Shown here: one piece after another, positions 1 through 13,100 of the stretch
Layout: every line of letters starts with the position of its first letter
How positions within the stretch are numbered: the first letter of the stretch is position 1
Assembly: GCA_043228905.1 (NCBI GenBank)
Contig: JBHGNT010000284.1
Span: 1-39,472, forward strand
Origin: Azolla caroliniana
Taxonomy: Eukaryota; Plantae; Polypodiophyta
DNA length: 39,472 nucleotides
Reading direction: 5' to 3'
The notes under the pieces: model-generated
What the model was told of the DNA's origin: nothing
Databases searched by the model: none
Seen by the model: only the letters and a program-made list of their open reading frames with translations
Position numbers and translations under genes: made by a program

Positions 1-1180
1 ATACACGTGCACATCATATTTGTGATGGGGACAATGATCTCATCAAATGATCGGGGTGTAACCTTTGGTGAGGATGCAAGCTTTGTGTTGAATTTGTTCT
101 TTGCCTTGTAAATCAACGAGGTGCTTGTATGGGAAAGACAATATGAGCTCCTATATCTCATTGTCATAAAGGGGTAACACCTTTTCATTCATCACTCTTG
201 CCCACTAAAGATCTTGAGACACTTCTTTGAAGTTTCATGTTGGAGGACTATCAATAACTTCATCATGAAGGCATATTGCTTTGCCTCTATTTTCTACGAC
301 CCGACATGATAAAGATAACGTAATCTACTCGATGATCCTCAACCCGACCTTAGCTACATTATTTACCTCCTTCGATGGTTTGTGCCAGCACTCATCAATA
401 TGCACTTGGACTACGGAAAGCGAGGGTTAAGGCACGTCAACAACATTGTTTGAACTAGATTTGGCTCGAGGGCTCACCCGACACGATCACAATAATATAA
501 TCTACTTGATGATCCTCAACCCAACCTTAGCTACATTATTGACCTCCTTCGATGGTTTGTGCTAGCGCTCATCAATATGCGCTTGGACTATGGAAAGCAA
601 GGGTTAAGGTACGTCAACAACATTTGGCTCGAGGGTTGACCCGACACAATAATGATAATGTAATCTACTTGACGATCCTCAACCCGACCTTAGCTACATT
701 ATTGACCTGCTTCGATGGTTTGTGCTAGCACTCATCAATATGCGATTGGACTAGGGAAAGCGAGGGTTAAGGTATGTCAACAACATTGTTTGAACCACAT
801 TTGGCTCGAGGGCTACACAAATGTTAAATGGTGTGATAGCTAGATTGAATTACAATCGACGATGGGGATTCAACTTCGATATTGTCTCATGAAGTGTGGT
901 CTCATAGAGCATCAAGATGCAACCTATGCCAACTCTATCAAGCACAAAGACAAAAGTATAAAGGCGCAACAATTAGTGTCTATAAATTTGTGTGGCTTAG
1001 GTACATCTTCAAAGACTTTAACATCTTAATCGATGGTGTGATGTGACTACATTCTAATGATATCATTACATCTAGCTAACATGAAACTTCATATCTCATG
1101 CACAAACAAAGAAAATCAAGGTGCACTAGCATTACATCATGACCAATTTCTTATAGAAGATGTTGATCTTTGGCATATCA
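1..1180 (-). mobile_element. Decayed Ty1/copia pol fragment (integrase C-terminal part to start of RT), interrupted by a tandem repeat
   Basis: Reverse-strand reading of 1-298 gives degenerate copia RT N-terminal motifs (W-A-R-V-M-N-E...NEI*EL; IYKAK; TKGYT; FDEIIVP, compare W..AM.EE..L..N.TW.LV / AKGYTQ / FDE.FSP). Weak integrase-like text lies at ~850-1180 (KDQHLL*EIG...ML). There are many stops and frameshifts, so boundaries are approximate. Confidence 0.55.
299..814. repeat. Tandem array of three ~177-bp units (177, 163, ~176 bp)
   Basis: Units start with ACCCGACA at 299, 476 and 639. Each contains taatctact.ga.gatcctcaaccc.accttagctacattatt...atttggctcgaggg. Unit 2 lacks 14 bp. Confidence 0.92.
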
Positions 1181-2079
1181 ATTTGGTTCCTAGATGATTT
1201 TCAATAGTCTTTGGCTTTCATCTAGTTCATTTGTTGAGATAGACAAGGAATGAAGAAGCAAATAAAGAAAATCTAAGCTCTTTGATTGTAATATTGTCAT
1301 ACTTTGCTTTTCCTGTGCCTTTCCGAAAACGTTGGCATTGGCACCACAGGGTCAAGTCTAGGAGCAAGAGACAAACTAGGAGAGAGATAAAGAACCTAAC
1401 TCATATACGCAACTTTTGAGCCTCATCTTTTACCCATAGCTCAATCTTTGGGTCTCCATCTTAAGTGATTGTGATCAACTTCATCATGTCTTTCTTGTTT
1501 TAATTTACATCTGATTAAGTAGTCAATAAAACGTGGTGATATATGTTAAGCCTCATTTGGTAATGCCTTCTGTATTATGTAATGGAGAATAAGAGTGAGA
1601 TTAGAGAGGATAGTTCATTGGGTTAGCTAGTTCACTCTATCGATATGCTTGAGAAAGTTTGACACCCTCTCTCACTAGTCTCGTCAACAATAGGGTGTTA
1701 CTCCACTCTGCATCATTGACATCACAAAACAACAAGTAATTGTTTGTAGAAGTTTAAGTAGGTGGGTCCACGATAAACTTAGTAGACCAAGCTCAACCAT
1801 GCGTGTGAACTATGTGGCAGGCACATGTGCATTAAGAAAACCAATTAGTGTCATAAGTATGTATTTATCTTCCCTCTCATATGTAAAGATGGATAATCAT
1901 TGCATTAACAAATAGTATATTGTGATATTCTACCCACTATCCTTTTTCACACTATGTACATGGTTCCCTAGATAAAATGAAACCCTCATTTCTTATGTTG
2001 TTGTTTGCCATTCAATCAAGTAGAGTTCTTATTATTGTAATCTTCCATTATTTTGTCAATACAAGTTATTGTCTTCGAT

Positions 2080-2101
2080 ACTCTCTCTCTCTCTCTCTCT
2101 C
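2080..2101. repeat. (CT)n microsatellite
   Basis: Direct reading. Confidence 0.85.
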
Positions 2102-2702
2102 ACGCACACACATTAGCACCACATATACTCCGTATAATATGTTATCAATCTATAAAGATCCCTCACAAATTAGCACCACATATACCTCCTCATCCTTTGT
2201 TTCAAAAATCTTCATAACTTGTTGCAAATCCCATCCCGCATTCACTTTGTCTTTCCCCTAATCACCACCTACCTTACAAACCTGCACATCTTGATGTGAT
2301 TGTGTCACAAGTTCCCTTGCCAAGTGTCACACATGCGTTTAGGTTCTAGCGCATTCTAAAATCTTCTATAAATATAAACAAAAATAGAGGATGTACTAGC
2401 ATCTCACGAGAAAGTTGTGCGAGTTCAAACACTACTACATGCAATCATATGTTCCACCTATGGCACAACCATGTTTGTGCATACGAGTATAATACCCATA
2501 TTGTTGTTCACATGCACATTCTAATCATTTGCAAGACATAGAGGTGTTCTAGCAATTTAATCATAGGTAAAGGGTCTTTTTACTTGTTAAACATATTATT
2601 ATTAGCCATATCAAGCTTTCTATATAACAATTTCCTTGGCTCTAATCTCAAGTAATGAAAAAGTAAGCATAGGTTTTACAGAAATGATATTTGAACAATC
2701 TA

Positions 2703-3741
2703 CAGTAACCATTCGGTTAAGTTCGCACTTTGAACGCATGGGTGAAGTGCGCACTTAACCGAGCTGCGTATTTAGGGGTTTTCTGAAAATTTTTAGGGTT
2801 TCTTGAAATTTTTTCCTTCTGTGTTCGTATCATATGTTTCTTTATTATAAATTTGATCGATTAATGTGATATAAGTGACCTGAAATGTTTATGGTTTCAA
2901 TATACTCTTGTTTGATATCACTTTTTCCCGATTTCATATTACCTTGAGTTTTTGCCTTTTTGTTAGGCCTACCTAATGAACTTCCTTGGATATGATGAGA
3001 TTTTTCCTTGCATTCTCTTCCTATGTGGCGGGAGGTTTGAGGAATCGTAGTACAGGTGGAGATGGAGGAGACCGGAAAAGAGAGAGGAGGAGCAAGGGAG
3101 AAAGCATAGGCTGGAACAGAAATAAAATAAACGAGATGCACAGAAAGAGAAAGAGAGGGAGGAGGGAGGGGGGGAGAGAAAGAAAGAAACATAATTAAGA
3201 ACGAACGAAGGCGGTGGCGGGTGGAGAGATGGAGAGAAAGAAAGAAAATTAAGAAAGTGAGGGAGGGAGAGAAAGAAAGAAACATAATTAAGAATGAATG
3301 AATACCAAAAAGGAAATGGATAATTGGGTTAAGTAAGAAAGTTTATTTTCTTTAACGAGAATCAAAATTACCGCCTCGCAGAAACACACACGCACACATA
3401 CAAAACATAACACACAAACAGACACTACGACTCAAGAGACCGATTCCAAAATTTGGTTCTTTTTTTCCTTGCATTTCTCTTTGTGCATTTTTAGGAGACC
3501 CCCACCCACAATCACGAGATCCCACCCACCATCACGTAACAAATTCTTTTAATTTTTTTTTTGGTTAGAAACTCCTTTCTTTTATTGTTTTTTTGAATGT
3601 TGTGAAATAGTTTTAATTTCGCTTGATGTAATTTCATCATGAACAATGTAATTTTTTTGATCGGAATTTTGACCTCTATAGAAAGCGCACTTAATAGAAT
3701 GGTGCACTTAAGTGGGCACACACTTAACCGAATGGTTACTG
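2703..3741. mobile_element. Non-autonomous Tc1/mariner (pogo-like) TIR element, 1039 bp, with TA target-site duplication
   Basis: Perfect 20-bp TIRs CAGTAACCATTCGGTTAAGT (2703-2722) and ACTTAACCGAATGGTTACTG (3722-3741), flanked by TA at 2701-02 and 3742-43. CAGT termini with a TA TSD are typical of pogo/Lemi1/Emigrant elements. Subterminal (G)CACTTAA motifs are repeated. No transposase ORF is present. Confidence 0.85.
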
Positions 3742-3883
3742 TAGTTAGAACAAGTGATGCCTTGACCTTCTATGGCTAAATTAATTTTATCTATCTATCT
3801 ATTATTATATATATACATATATATGTTAAAAGCTTTTTTGTTTTATTGTAATAGGCTTACCCTAGTTGTAAGCTAATAGACAT

Positions 3884-4048
3884 CAACAAAAGGTCATGGG
3901 TTCAAAATCCTTGATTTTACACATCTCTGTTACCACATATCATCGCTTCCAAGTTCCTCCTAAACTACAACAAAAGGTCATAACTTCAAATCCTTGCTTT
4001 ACACATCTCTGTTACATCCATCATATCATCACTTCCTCCTAAATTACA
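3884..4048. repeat. Imperfect two-copy tandem duplication (~83 bp)
   Basis: caa(c)aaaaggtcat..ttcaaa(a)tccttg..ttacacatctctgttac...cttcctcctaaa.taca occurs twice in a row. Confidence 0.75.
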
Positions 4049-4157
4049 TGCTGCATCAGTGTATCAAGCTAACGACCTTACAGTCTACAAACTTTGATAC
4101 AGCCCGATTGGCCAAATATACTACAAGAATAGGGAATTAATATATTTAATGAAATTT

Positions 4158-7100
4158 TCAAACTTTAACGCAAGCATTGGGTAATGCCCCATCATGCCGC
4201 TCTGTTTGTTGCCTCCAGTCATCATTATACAACTTGTAATGCAGTACCTACATACAAAAATTTCCATACATAAATATACAAAAAAAATTGACCAACACCA
4301 TGACCAGCATTCTTATGAAATTACCAAGAAAAAAATGCAATAAAATGTCATGCCATATAGATACTACTCTTTCCCTATCCATGTGCATGTATGTACAATC
4401 CATCATCAACATTAATATTTTGTATTAAAGAGCTTTATTGTATAAATCAACCACATTAACAGTACTATGCAATAAAATCTAATTTGAAGCATGGATCAAG
4501 TCCCTATTATATACCACCAGCTGCATCATTGTATGTCACAGCCAAGAATCAATCAGTTCAATTAGGCAGTCCTTTTTTTCAGCATGAACTCATTTCTCTC
4601 TGTAAAATCCTATTTCTATCAATAGGCGAAACCAATAAACATGAACATTAAGTAATGTGCTGACTACTCTATGGTGATATGCTTAGATTGATTGGAATAC
4701 ACATGAATGCTATACAATTTTTTAATTGGTGTCCATATACACCACAATTCTACATCAGCTAATTAGGGGCTCACTCTGAATGGTTGTTTCATCTGATACT
4801 TCAATCAACTGATTCTCTCATATTCAAAGACATTTTTACAGCCGCCACATTTGGAAGAATCAGGACATAATAGCATCAAGACTGATAATATATAAGAAAC
4901 AGCAAAAGTTGCACTACTAACCTCTATCAAAGTTGAGAAAGCATCATCATCATCTATCAGTGTTGCAAAGGCGTTTGCCCATTCACTGGTTTTGTTGAAT
5001 TGCTCTTTCTGTCTTTGTGCCTCCAAAAGAATGGCATCACGATATAGAAATCTTTGCCACATTTTCTGAATAACAGAAAGTTTGGAATCCACTTCTGTTT
5101 CGCTCATGTTCTATCCACAGTTTCATAAAAATTGACATGATAATCAATCACAAGCTTCCACCATACTATGTAAAACTGGAAAGTGAGAGTCTACCCTCAA
5201 TATGTTGACAAGTTGTGGTATTTCGTCTTCCTTGATGCGTACTGCAAATTTATCATAATCCAGCACATTCTCATATATGAGCTGTATACCATCCTGAGCA
5301 TATAATAACAAGAAGATAACGATGATGAGATTTATATTATTTGACATCCAGGCTGTGTTAGAATATGAATCCATACTTGGATGATTACAGGAATGCAGCC
5401 ATGTAGGATGCTGTCTTCCATTCGTCCACTCCAACCATCACCAGGCAGCACTCCGCAGAACTTCGAGCTTCCTAACTCTTCTGAGTATGTGTTGCTTCTA
5501 ACACTCGTGACAATCACATCATTTGTGGAATTCTTTCCTAACACTCCATCTTTATTAAGCGATGAACCAAATTCACGGGCCAGCTTCTGTCGGATTCCCA
5601 TGCTATATCTAGACAAACAAAAAATCAGTGTGAAAATCCATGTCATTGGTTTGTCCGTCAATCTGACTTTATCAAAGATTAATTCAGAACTAGTAAACCT
5701 TGGCTCTGGACGACCATATTCATAATCATGGCCCAAGTTCCCATTGAAATAGAACAATGTTGTCCTTTGGAATATAGGCCTGCAATAACCAAGGGATTGG
5801 CACTACATGAAATTGGAAGAAAATATCTCATTATTATGTCGCCCAACCAACACATATCTGGAAAATCTTAAGCTTGAAGCACTCAGGTTGATGGAGATCA
5901 TGAGAGTGGGTATTCCCAATATTGTACATTAATGAAGTACGCTTTACAGAAAAGGAAACAAAAAAGATACATTAACATCTATTAGAGGCTGAAGTATGAG
6001 ACTTGGAAGTCAAGAAGCAATCAATGAGTAAACAATGCTGAAAAATAAATGCAATGACACATATTGTCAATTATGATGGACGTATATATAGAGGGAGAGA
6101 TCATTACCTTTCCCAAAATCTCTCAGAAATGAGACTAGCATCTGGAACCTTCCATGCAGGCAGAACAAGGTCTTTTTCAGGATCAAAGCAAACATGACTT
6201 CCTCTCGCTGCAATTGGTATGTGATCCCAATTATCTGGAAAGTAGCCTGTTGTGGAATAATTATGTTTGGCATTGGTGTTTCCCCAATGTACAAGCATCA
6301 TGCTGTTCCAGATTTCTTTTGGAGCAAAACATGCCCCCTCATCCCAAGAAAAGAACTGCACAGCAGTTTTATAATCAAGTTTGGAAGCTTGTTTTATGTC
6401 ACAAAAGGTTATCATGAACAAAAAAGGGCTATGCCAAATTTACAATACCCAAATGTGGTCACGTCCATCTGTGCGATTCCAATAGGGGTAGCTTTGCCTG
6501 ATATGATGATATGCTTTCCTATACAAGTCTAGAGCGGTATAGCTCCTAAAGCCCATAAATTCCTGCAACAATAAACCAAATGTGAGAAATCCAGAATCAA
6601 CAACACTAATATAGAAAAACAAATGTCATCCTATGGACTGACACAATCAAAGGCTTGATCGCTTCATAACATCAGCAATTGACAGAATCTCTCGTTATAT
6701 TCATTAAACCAGCAGCATTATCGCCCATTTCTTTTCTTATTATGAACAACAGTTAATGGGCAGGCACTGATAAAGTTTTATTATATAACTTAAAAGGACA
6801 CACACTCACAATGTTATAAAGATATCATCTTTCTATGTCAGCATAATTAGAATGAAGAAAGAAAACTCTAGTTAGAAAGAAAGATATGTTAACATCTTTT
6901 AAGAGGCCAATGTGGGCTATAGGAGAAGCCAATACATTCATAGAAAGATGAGGAGTATCGTCAGCACGTGTTATAAGGCATGCACCAAAAACAGGTACAT
7001 AGAAGAAATCGGCCTCTTCAGCATTAGTTGTCCGATGGGGGCTAGCTAGCAAGCTCTCATATACAGCAATCTACATAACATAAAAATAAGATAAATAAAT

Positions 7101-10100
7101 AATGCTCTCATATTATTGAATTTTCACAAACCACAAGATAATATTGATAAGTTACCTAGCCTAATAACAATAGACATTCCTAAAGAATAGTCCATAGAAA
7201 AGAAAGCATCTTGTGTAAACAAATAATCAAGAATATTATTTGAATTTTCACAAACCACAAGATAATATTGATAGTTATCTAGCCTTATAACAAGAGACAT
7301 TCCTAAAGAATAGTCCATAGAAAAGAAAGCATCTTGTGTAAACAAATAATCAAGAAAGAGAAGCCTTGACTACATGTCCCCATAGAGGTCGACTACCATA
7401 ATTAGAAATTCTGACAGGATAAATGTTTTAGAAGTCTGTTATATGTTCAGTGGCTTTTCTCAGAGTAAAAAGACTCACAATATATGGGGGATCCATAAAA
7501 AAAGGGTCCTCGTAAGTTTTTATGTTACAGCATCAATACTTTGGAATTTTGGGTATTTAATGTCTGTTGATGTGAACTTTATATTATTTAACGATTAGAT
7601 ATTGTGCACAATCACCAAGCACCTTCAATGACAATATTTTAATACTAAAAATAACAGAATAGTCAGCAACTCACGTTTTTTTGCACATTAGATTTTAATG
7701 GCTTGTATTTATCTCATGGGAGAGTGCCGTGGTTTTTCTACATCTCCTAAAAAAATTCAGTGCATTTATGGCAGTTTCATTATTCAATCTAAGAATGTAC
7801 TGTATATTTTCTACAATTCAAGGACGATATCATAAATGCCCTAACAAATTTGGTGTTGAACATGTTAGGAGATGGCTTTTCCTGCATTAAGCTAGCTGAT
7901 ATGCCACAGAATTCCACTTGTGTGAAAAAACATCCTCATTTCATATTTTCGAATGTCATAATTTCGACTTTACTTTCAAAACTTCATAGACTTTCTTTGA
8001 ATGGTCTCTTACAATGTTAATTTGCTTTCTTTGAAACTGGCTGAATTTCATGTTTACACAAGGCGATTTTCAGGATGAGGATTGGCATTTTCTAGGGGCG
8101 TTTGGCATGAGTGTGCTCAAACAATGGAAAGGTATAGTGCATGATAAAAGGAAATGGGGACATGGTACAAGAAGCTGAAAATGGCTACCCCTTTTGACTA
8201 TGCTTATTTTTAATTCATCAAACAAGGGAAAGGGATAGTGCATGGCGAAAGAAAAAGGGAACATGGGACAAGGCTGAAAGTATCTATCACTTGTGACTTG
8301 CAATCTACAATAACAGATAAGATTTTAAGTTCCACCATGATTGCTTAGCTTCAATTTGAAGAGACAAATATCCCTTCTGGATCAGCGGATTAAAATGAAT
8401 CCTTTTAATTTATCGAGTTAGTACCAGGAATATACCTCAGCTCCATACAATTGGGGCGTCCAAACTGTCAGATTCTCAGAATCATAAATCCTGTTAACAC
8501 AATGAAATTTCCAGTGCCGGCCCTGCATACAGGAGCATGCATGTGAGCCGAATTTTGCATGTTCATGGTATTGATAACTTGTTCAAGATCCTACCTCTAG
8601 AAGATGAGTGTTGAATTGTGGAGGCAAATCATAAACATAAATGAGTGGATGTTTCTTCTCTATAATTGCAGTTTTGGTGGTACCGGCATTTGCAAAAGAT
8701 GTTTCTTGAGGTAATAATGTCCCATTTCCCAACCACTTCGGCCAACTAGTTGATTCTATTTGAGATGAAGGTATACTGCAATCAACGCCATACCAACCTT
8801 CTGTACACTGAATAAATAAAATAAATTCGAAGAGCTATAAGTGTACCACCAATATTACATCTATTGAGATGGAAATTTGAAGGGATACTGCATCCAAGGA
8901 AATTGAAGAAATCCACCTGGCAAAATCCACCACTACATACTCCATTTCCAGAGCATTGATTAAGGCAAACACATTGAGTTGCCTTCTCACAAAACCTTCC
9001 GTCTGCACCATCATACTTGCAATCACATTGTTCTTTATAATGTACTGTGCCTCTATACCCATCACTTGGATCGACATTGCACCAACCATTCTTATCACTA
9101 CTGTTTGAAAAAATGTTGCTCCAATCTGGTTCTCTCCAATCCACCATGGTACCACTATTGAGCAATAAAATCTCTCTCTCTCTCTCCTCCTCTCCCTCTC
9201 TCTCCCTCTTAAGATGTAATCTCTTGTTTGGTCTAAAAGGCCCTTTTGGCCTCTTAAAGACATTAATATATTTTGGCCTCTCATAAATGGACAGATTTGG
9301 AGAGACCTTCAGCATTAATGATTGCCTCCCTGATAAGGAACAATGCATAAGCGCCCCGTGATATAACCCAGGGTAGATATGAGGGCAGCACCAATAGTGA
9401 CCACGGCAATATTCCGATCAATGACCAGTATCTAACAGATTTGGGAGAGGGAGCTCCCAAAGCAAAGGTACTCAAGACTGGCACTTATGTTATTAAAACA
9501 GTTTTGGCATGCTTAAATGCAATAATGGTTCCAATCAAACGGCAAATATAAATGCTCTATCCCATTCCAATATAGATTGGATTGTTCACAACTGAACATG
9601 AACAAAGTGAAAAAGAATAAAGTTATCTGAACTGGTATCATTAAATTCAGGAAGATGAATCATAACGTCTCGGTGTCTTGGCAGGAGAATCGATAAAAAA
9701 AGACACGGGATGGATTTATTATCAGGCCTTCTCAAATGGATTCACATCTACCTCCTGCCCTCTGAGTGATAGGGCAGCTCAGAACCTTTTCGCATCAGTT
9801 GAGAGATTGAGATAGGGAGATATACATGCAAATCTATGGAAGAGCATATCTGCCAATTGTGCCATCAAGGGGTGGAATCGAAGGAACACGATGTTTGCCA
9901 TTGTGCTGTTTTTTATGAAATTAGAGGGAGATACCATTGTCTCCTTTAAACAAATCTTTGGCCCACTATGCAAGGTAATGGCACACAAAAAACCAACAGT
10001 ATTTGGGAGATATACACGCAAATCTATGGAAGAGTATATCTGCCAATTGCGCCATCAAGGGGTGGAATCAAAGGAATAGGATGTTTGGCATTGTGCTGTT

Positions 10101-13100
10101 TTTTATGAAATTAGAGGGAGATACCATTGTCTCATTCAAACAAATCTTTGGCCCACTATGCAAGGTAATGGAACACAAAAACCAACAGTATTCGGAAGTC
10201 ACGACTATTCATGCTAGAACTCAAGAGACTTCGAGTGAAGTTATTGAAGGACAACAATACAAGCACAATAATCATGAACAAGGAACCATCACAACTTTTA
10301 TTGTACGCATCACTCCTGCTACAAGTCAATCAAGGGGTGCGCAACTGGGGTATTAACCAGAACATTTGAAAGGGGTAATGATAGATCGGGAAATAGCAAT
10401 TTGTTGTGTTCATCTGGATCACAACCCCATCACCCTTATAATCGACAAATAAAGTCCATTATAACCCAAATTCCAAGGTGCTTCCCTCGCTTCAGAGACT
10501 TCTCCATCTTGGATCGCCCATGTTGGAGATCGTTCGAAGATGGAAGCTTTAGTCCAACTAAGTTCAAAATCTTAAGCTTTTAGCTAATGAGATTTTCTGA
10601 TGCCATAGTCAATTCTACTAATTTTGTTACATTGTATTTTGGTTTATTTTACTCAAACATGAGAGAGCGTCTTAAAATATAAAAGATGTTAATATATTTT
10701 GAGAACTGAAAAGCCTAGGGAGATTTGTGGTTGAATGTTGCACGTATTTCTGAAAAAGACATATTATTGTATTATTGCCAAGATTACATATAATGAAACA
10801 CATGGTCGCACAAGAAAGTGATGATCATAATGGCTTAGTAAATATCCCACATATCATACATGTATGAATAAATGTTGCGATTTCCTGAAGCATTTATGAT
10901 CCAAAGAAAACGAGGTACCTCATAGTTCCCATCTCTTCTTTGCATGCACTCTCATTTATGCTGCCATACCCCTGTCATGCTTAATTATGTAAGGACCATT
11001 AAAACATCATATTATATTCCCATTTCCATGATCACCATATGGGTCGTCCCTTTCAAGGAAACCCTTCTCACATCTTGAGCGCAATAAAGATTAAGTCACA
11101 TTAGAGCAAATACCTAATATCCACTTTTTCAATCTGATCGTTTCAACCTAGAATTGCATGGTACTAAACATCAATCGTGTTAGATAAATTAAACCAGCAA
11201 GCGGATCGTATATAGAAATGACTTGCAGGTGATTGACATAAATGCAATCCCTTTATTCATGTGGCATCCCTTCAGCAACACAGAAAAATGCAAGAGTAGA
11301 AGCAACATGGTAGTAGTACCTAAGAGAAAAGCCACAAGCTTCTGCGACCGGGCGCTCTGGATACTTAGTACCACTTCCACAAAAACACTTTGCTTTTCTT
11401 TTGTCACAAAATGCAGAGCATATGGATACTACCCATCGACCATAAGGCCAATCTGTTGACGGCTCCAAATTGCACTCTAGATTCAAAAGGTTCTCACAAC
11501 CTGGACCTACGATGGAAATATATATTTAGCATCAAAAGAAAATAAATGCTTTAGTAAGCAGAACGAATCAGGATGTTTCCAAATACATTTCGAAAGCACA
11601 CAAAAACAAGTAAACTGCATTTAAAAAATTGTGGATAAACATATAAGTGCAATCTTCAATTTTTTTGTGTGACAGAACGATAAAGTAAGATCATCAAGGG
11701 TTGAAATGCTCACCTTCAAATCCATGGAAACATCTGCATTGCCCTTCTTCATGGTTGCATATCCCATTCTGACTACAGTTATTTGGGCAGAGCCTGCCGA
11801 AAGTGGTCTACATAAGCCGATTTTAACCAGAAGCATTTAGAAGATCCATAATAAACCTGATTTTAAAAAAACTAGCATATATGATCAAACTGCTGACACT
11901 GTAAGACTGCATCTGATCCATCCTAGATTACAGAAACGATACTACAAGTTTGAGGTGTGAACTGACAGGATTCTGCAGTAATCATTTCCTAATGTTTGTT
12001 ACTTCCCCCTGTTTGAATTTCATCGCTTTTTCCATAAAATGGATATAGTAATGGTATGTTTGAGGATAGAAAATACTCAGAAAGGTTAGCTTGCATGGTG
12101 GTTAATATTATCAGATGATTATGCCCTCGCATTCTTTTTATAAAGAATATTTGTATTACATGATGCAATAATAAAAATTCACAGGGACATTTCCAAACAT
12201 CAGAGACATGAGTTGCAAATGTCATAACCAGGAATTGGGAATGATATTCCAGATATGTCTAGCACTAAATGACAAACAAGCACTTCTGGAAATGTGGGTG
12301 TAAGGTTTAGGATTTATAACTTCCATAAACAAACCCCTTTTAAGTGATGAATATGAAACATAATACAATGATGAAGATAAAAAAGTAATACATTTTGCAT
12401 TGCTATAATCCTCAATACCTAAGAAAATCAAACACAAACAGGTATTTCTAAAAGATTATTGATGAATTCAGTTCAGTAGTGCCCTTGAAATCAAGATAAA
12501 CGTCTAAGACCGAAGTGAACATCCAGATATGACAGGCAATCAGACAGAAAATACATTTGTAAACATTGTTCTCAGATGACATCATGGTGTCTTCTCGTTA
12601 TAATACATCTGCCACGAGTAAATCAACTGCAATTGCCCCCTGTACACTGATTCATTTCAATCATCCCAATATTTTTTCTATGTTTATGCAAAGGATTAGC
12701 ATCTAGATTATCTTGTCAAAATTTGATTTTGACCTGTGATTATGAAAAGGACCACATTGTTGAACCTTGCACATTGCAACCCTGGGCATCAGCTAAATGA
12801 GCTTTAGAGATTGTACACGACATGCAAACGAATTTAGAATTAACCCAAATTAGTAGAATGAGCCCCATAAACAATGAAGAGTTCAATGTGCTCATGATCT
12901 TCTCTTTTCTAAGTAAGGCGTAGACCAGAAGGTGGATTCTTTACTTGGAGAAAAACAGGGTGCCATATTCTCAAAGCTTCCTCCAAACCTCTTTAGATTT
13001 CACCCACTTCAGAAAAGTTATAATCGGCCTGAGGCCTGAGGCCATGAATCCGGAGTATGCAAGTTGTTCGCCCAATGATCAAAATGTGAGTTTTGGGATC

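Noticed and set aside
299-814. Repeat array as CRISPR-like
   Set aside because: The units are contiguous ~177-bp monomers without unique spacers, there are no cas genes, and the context is eukaryotic.
1328-1350. Possible degenerate PBS (TGGTGCCAATGCC, minus strand) for the decayed copia
   Set aside because: It matches the tRNAiMet PBS at only 9 of 13 positions and has no adjacent LTR-type CA end.
2845-3285. 146-aa and 70-aa ORFs in the TIR element as transposase or cargo
   Set aside because: They are low-complexity products of the GA tract, with no HTH or DDE motif recognised.
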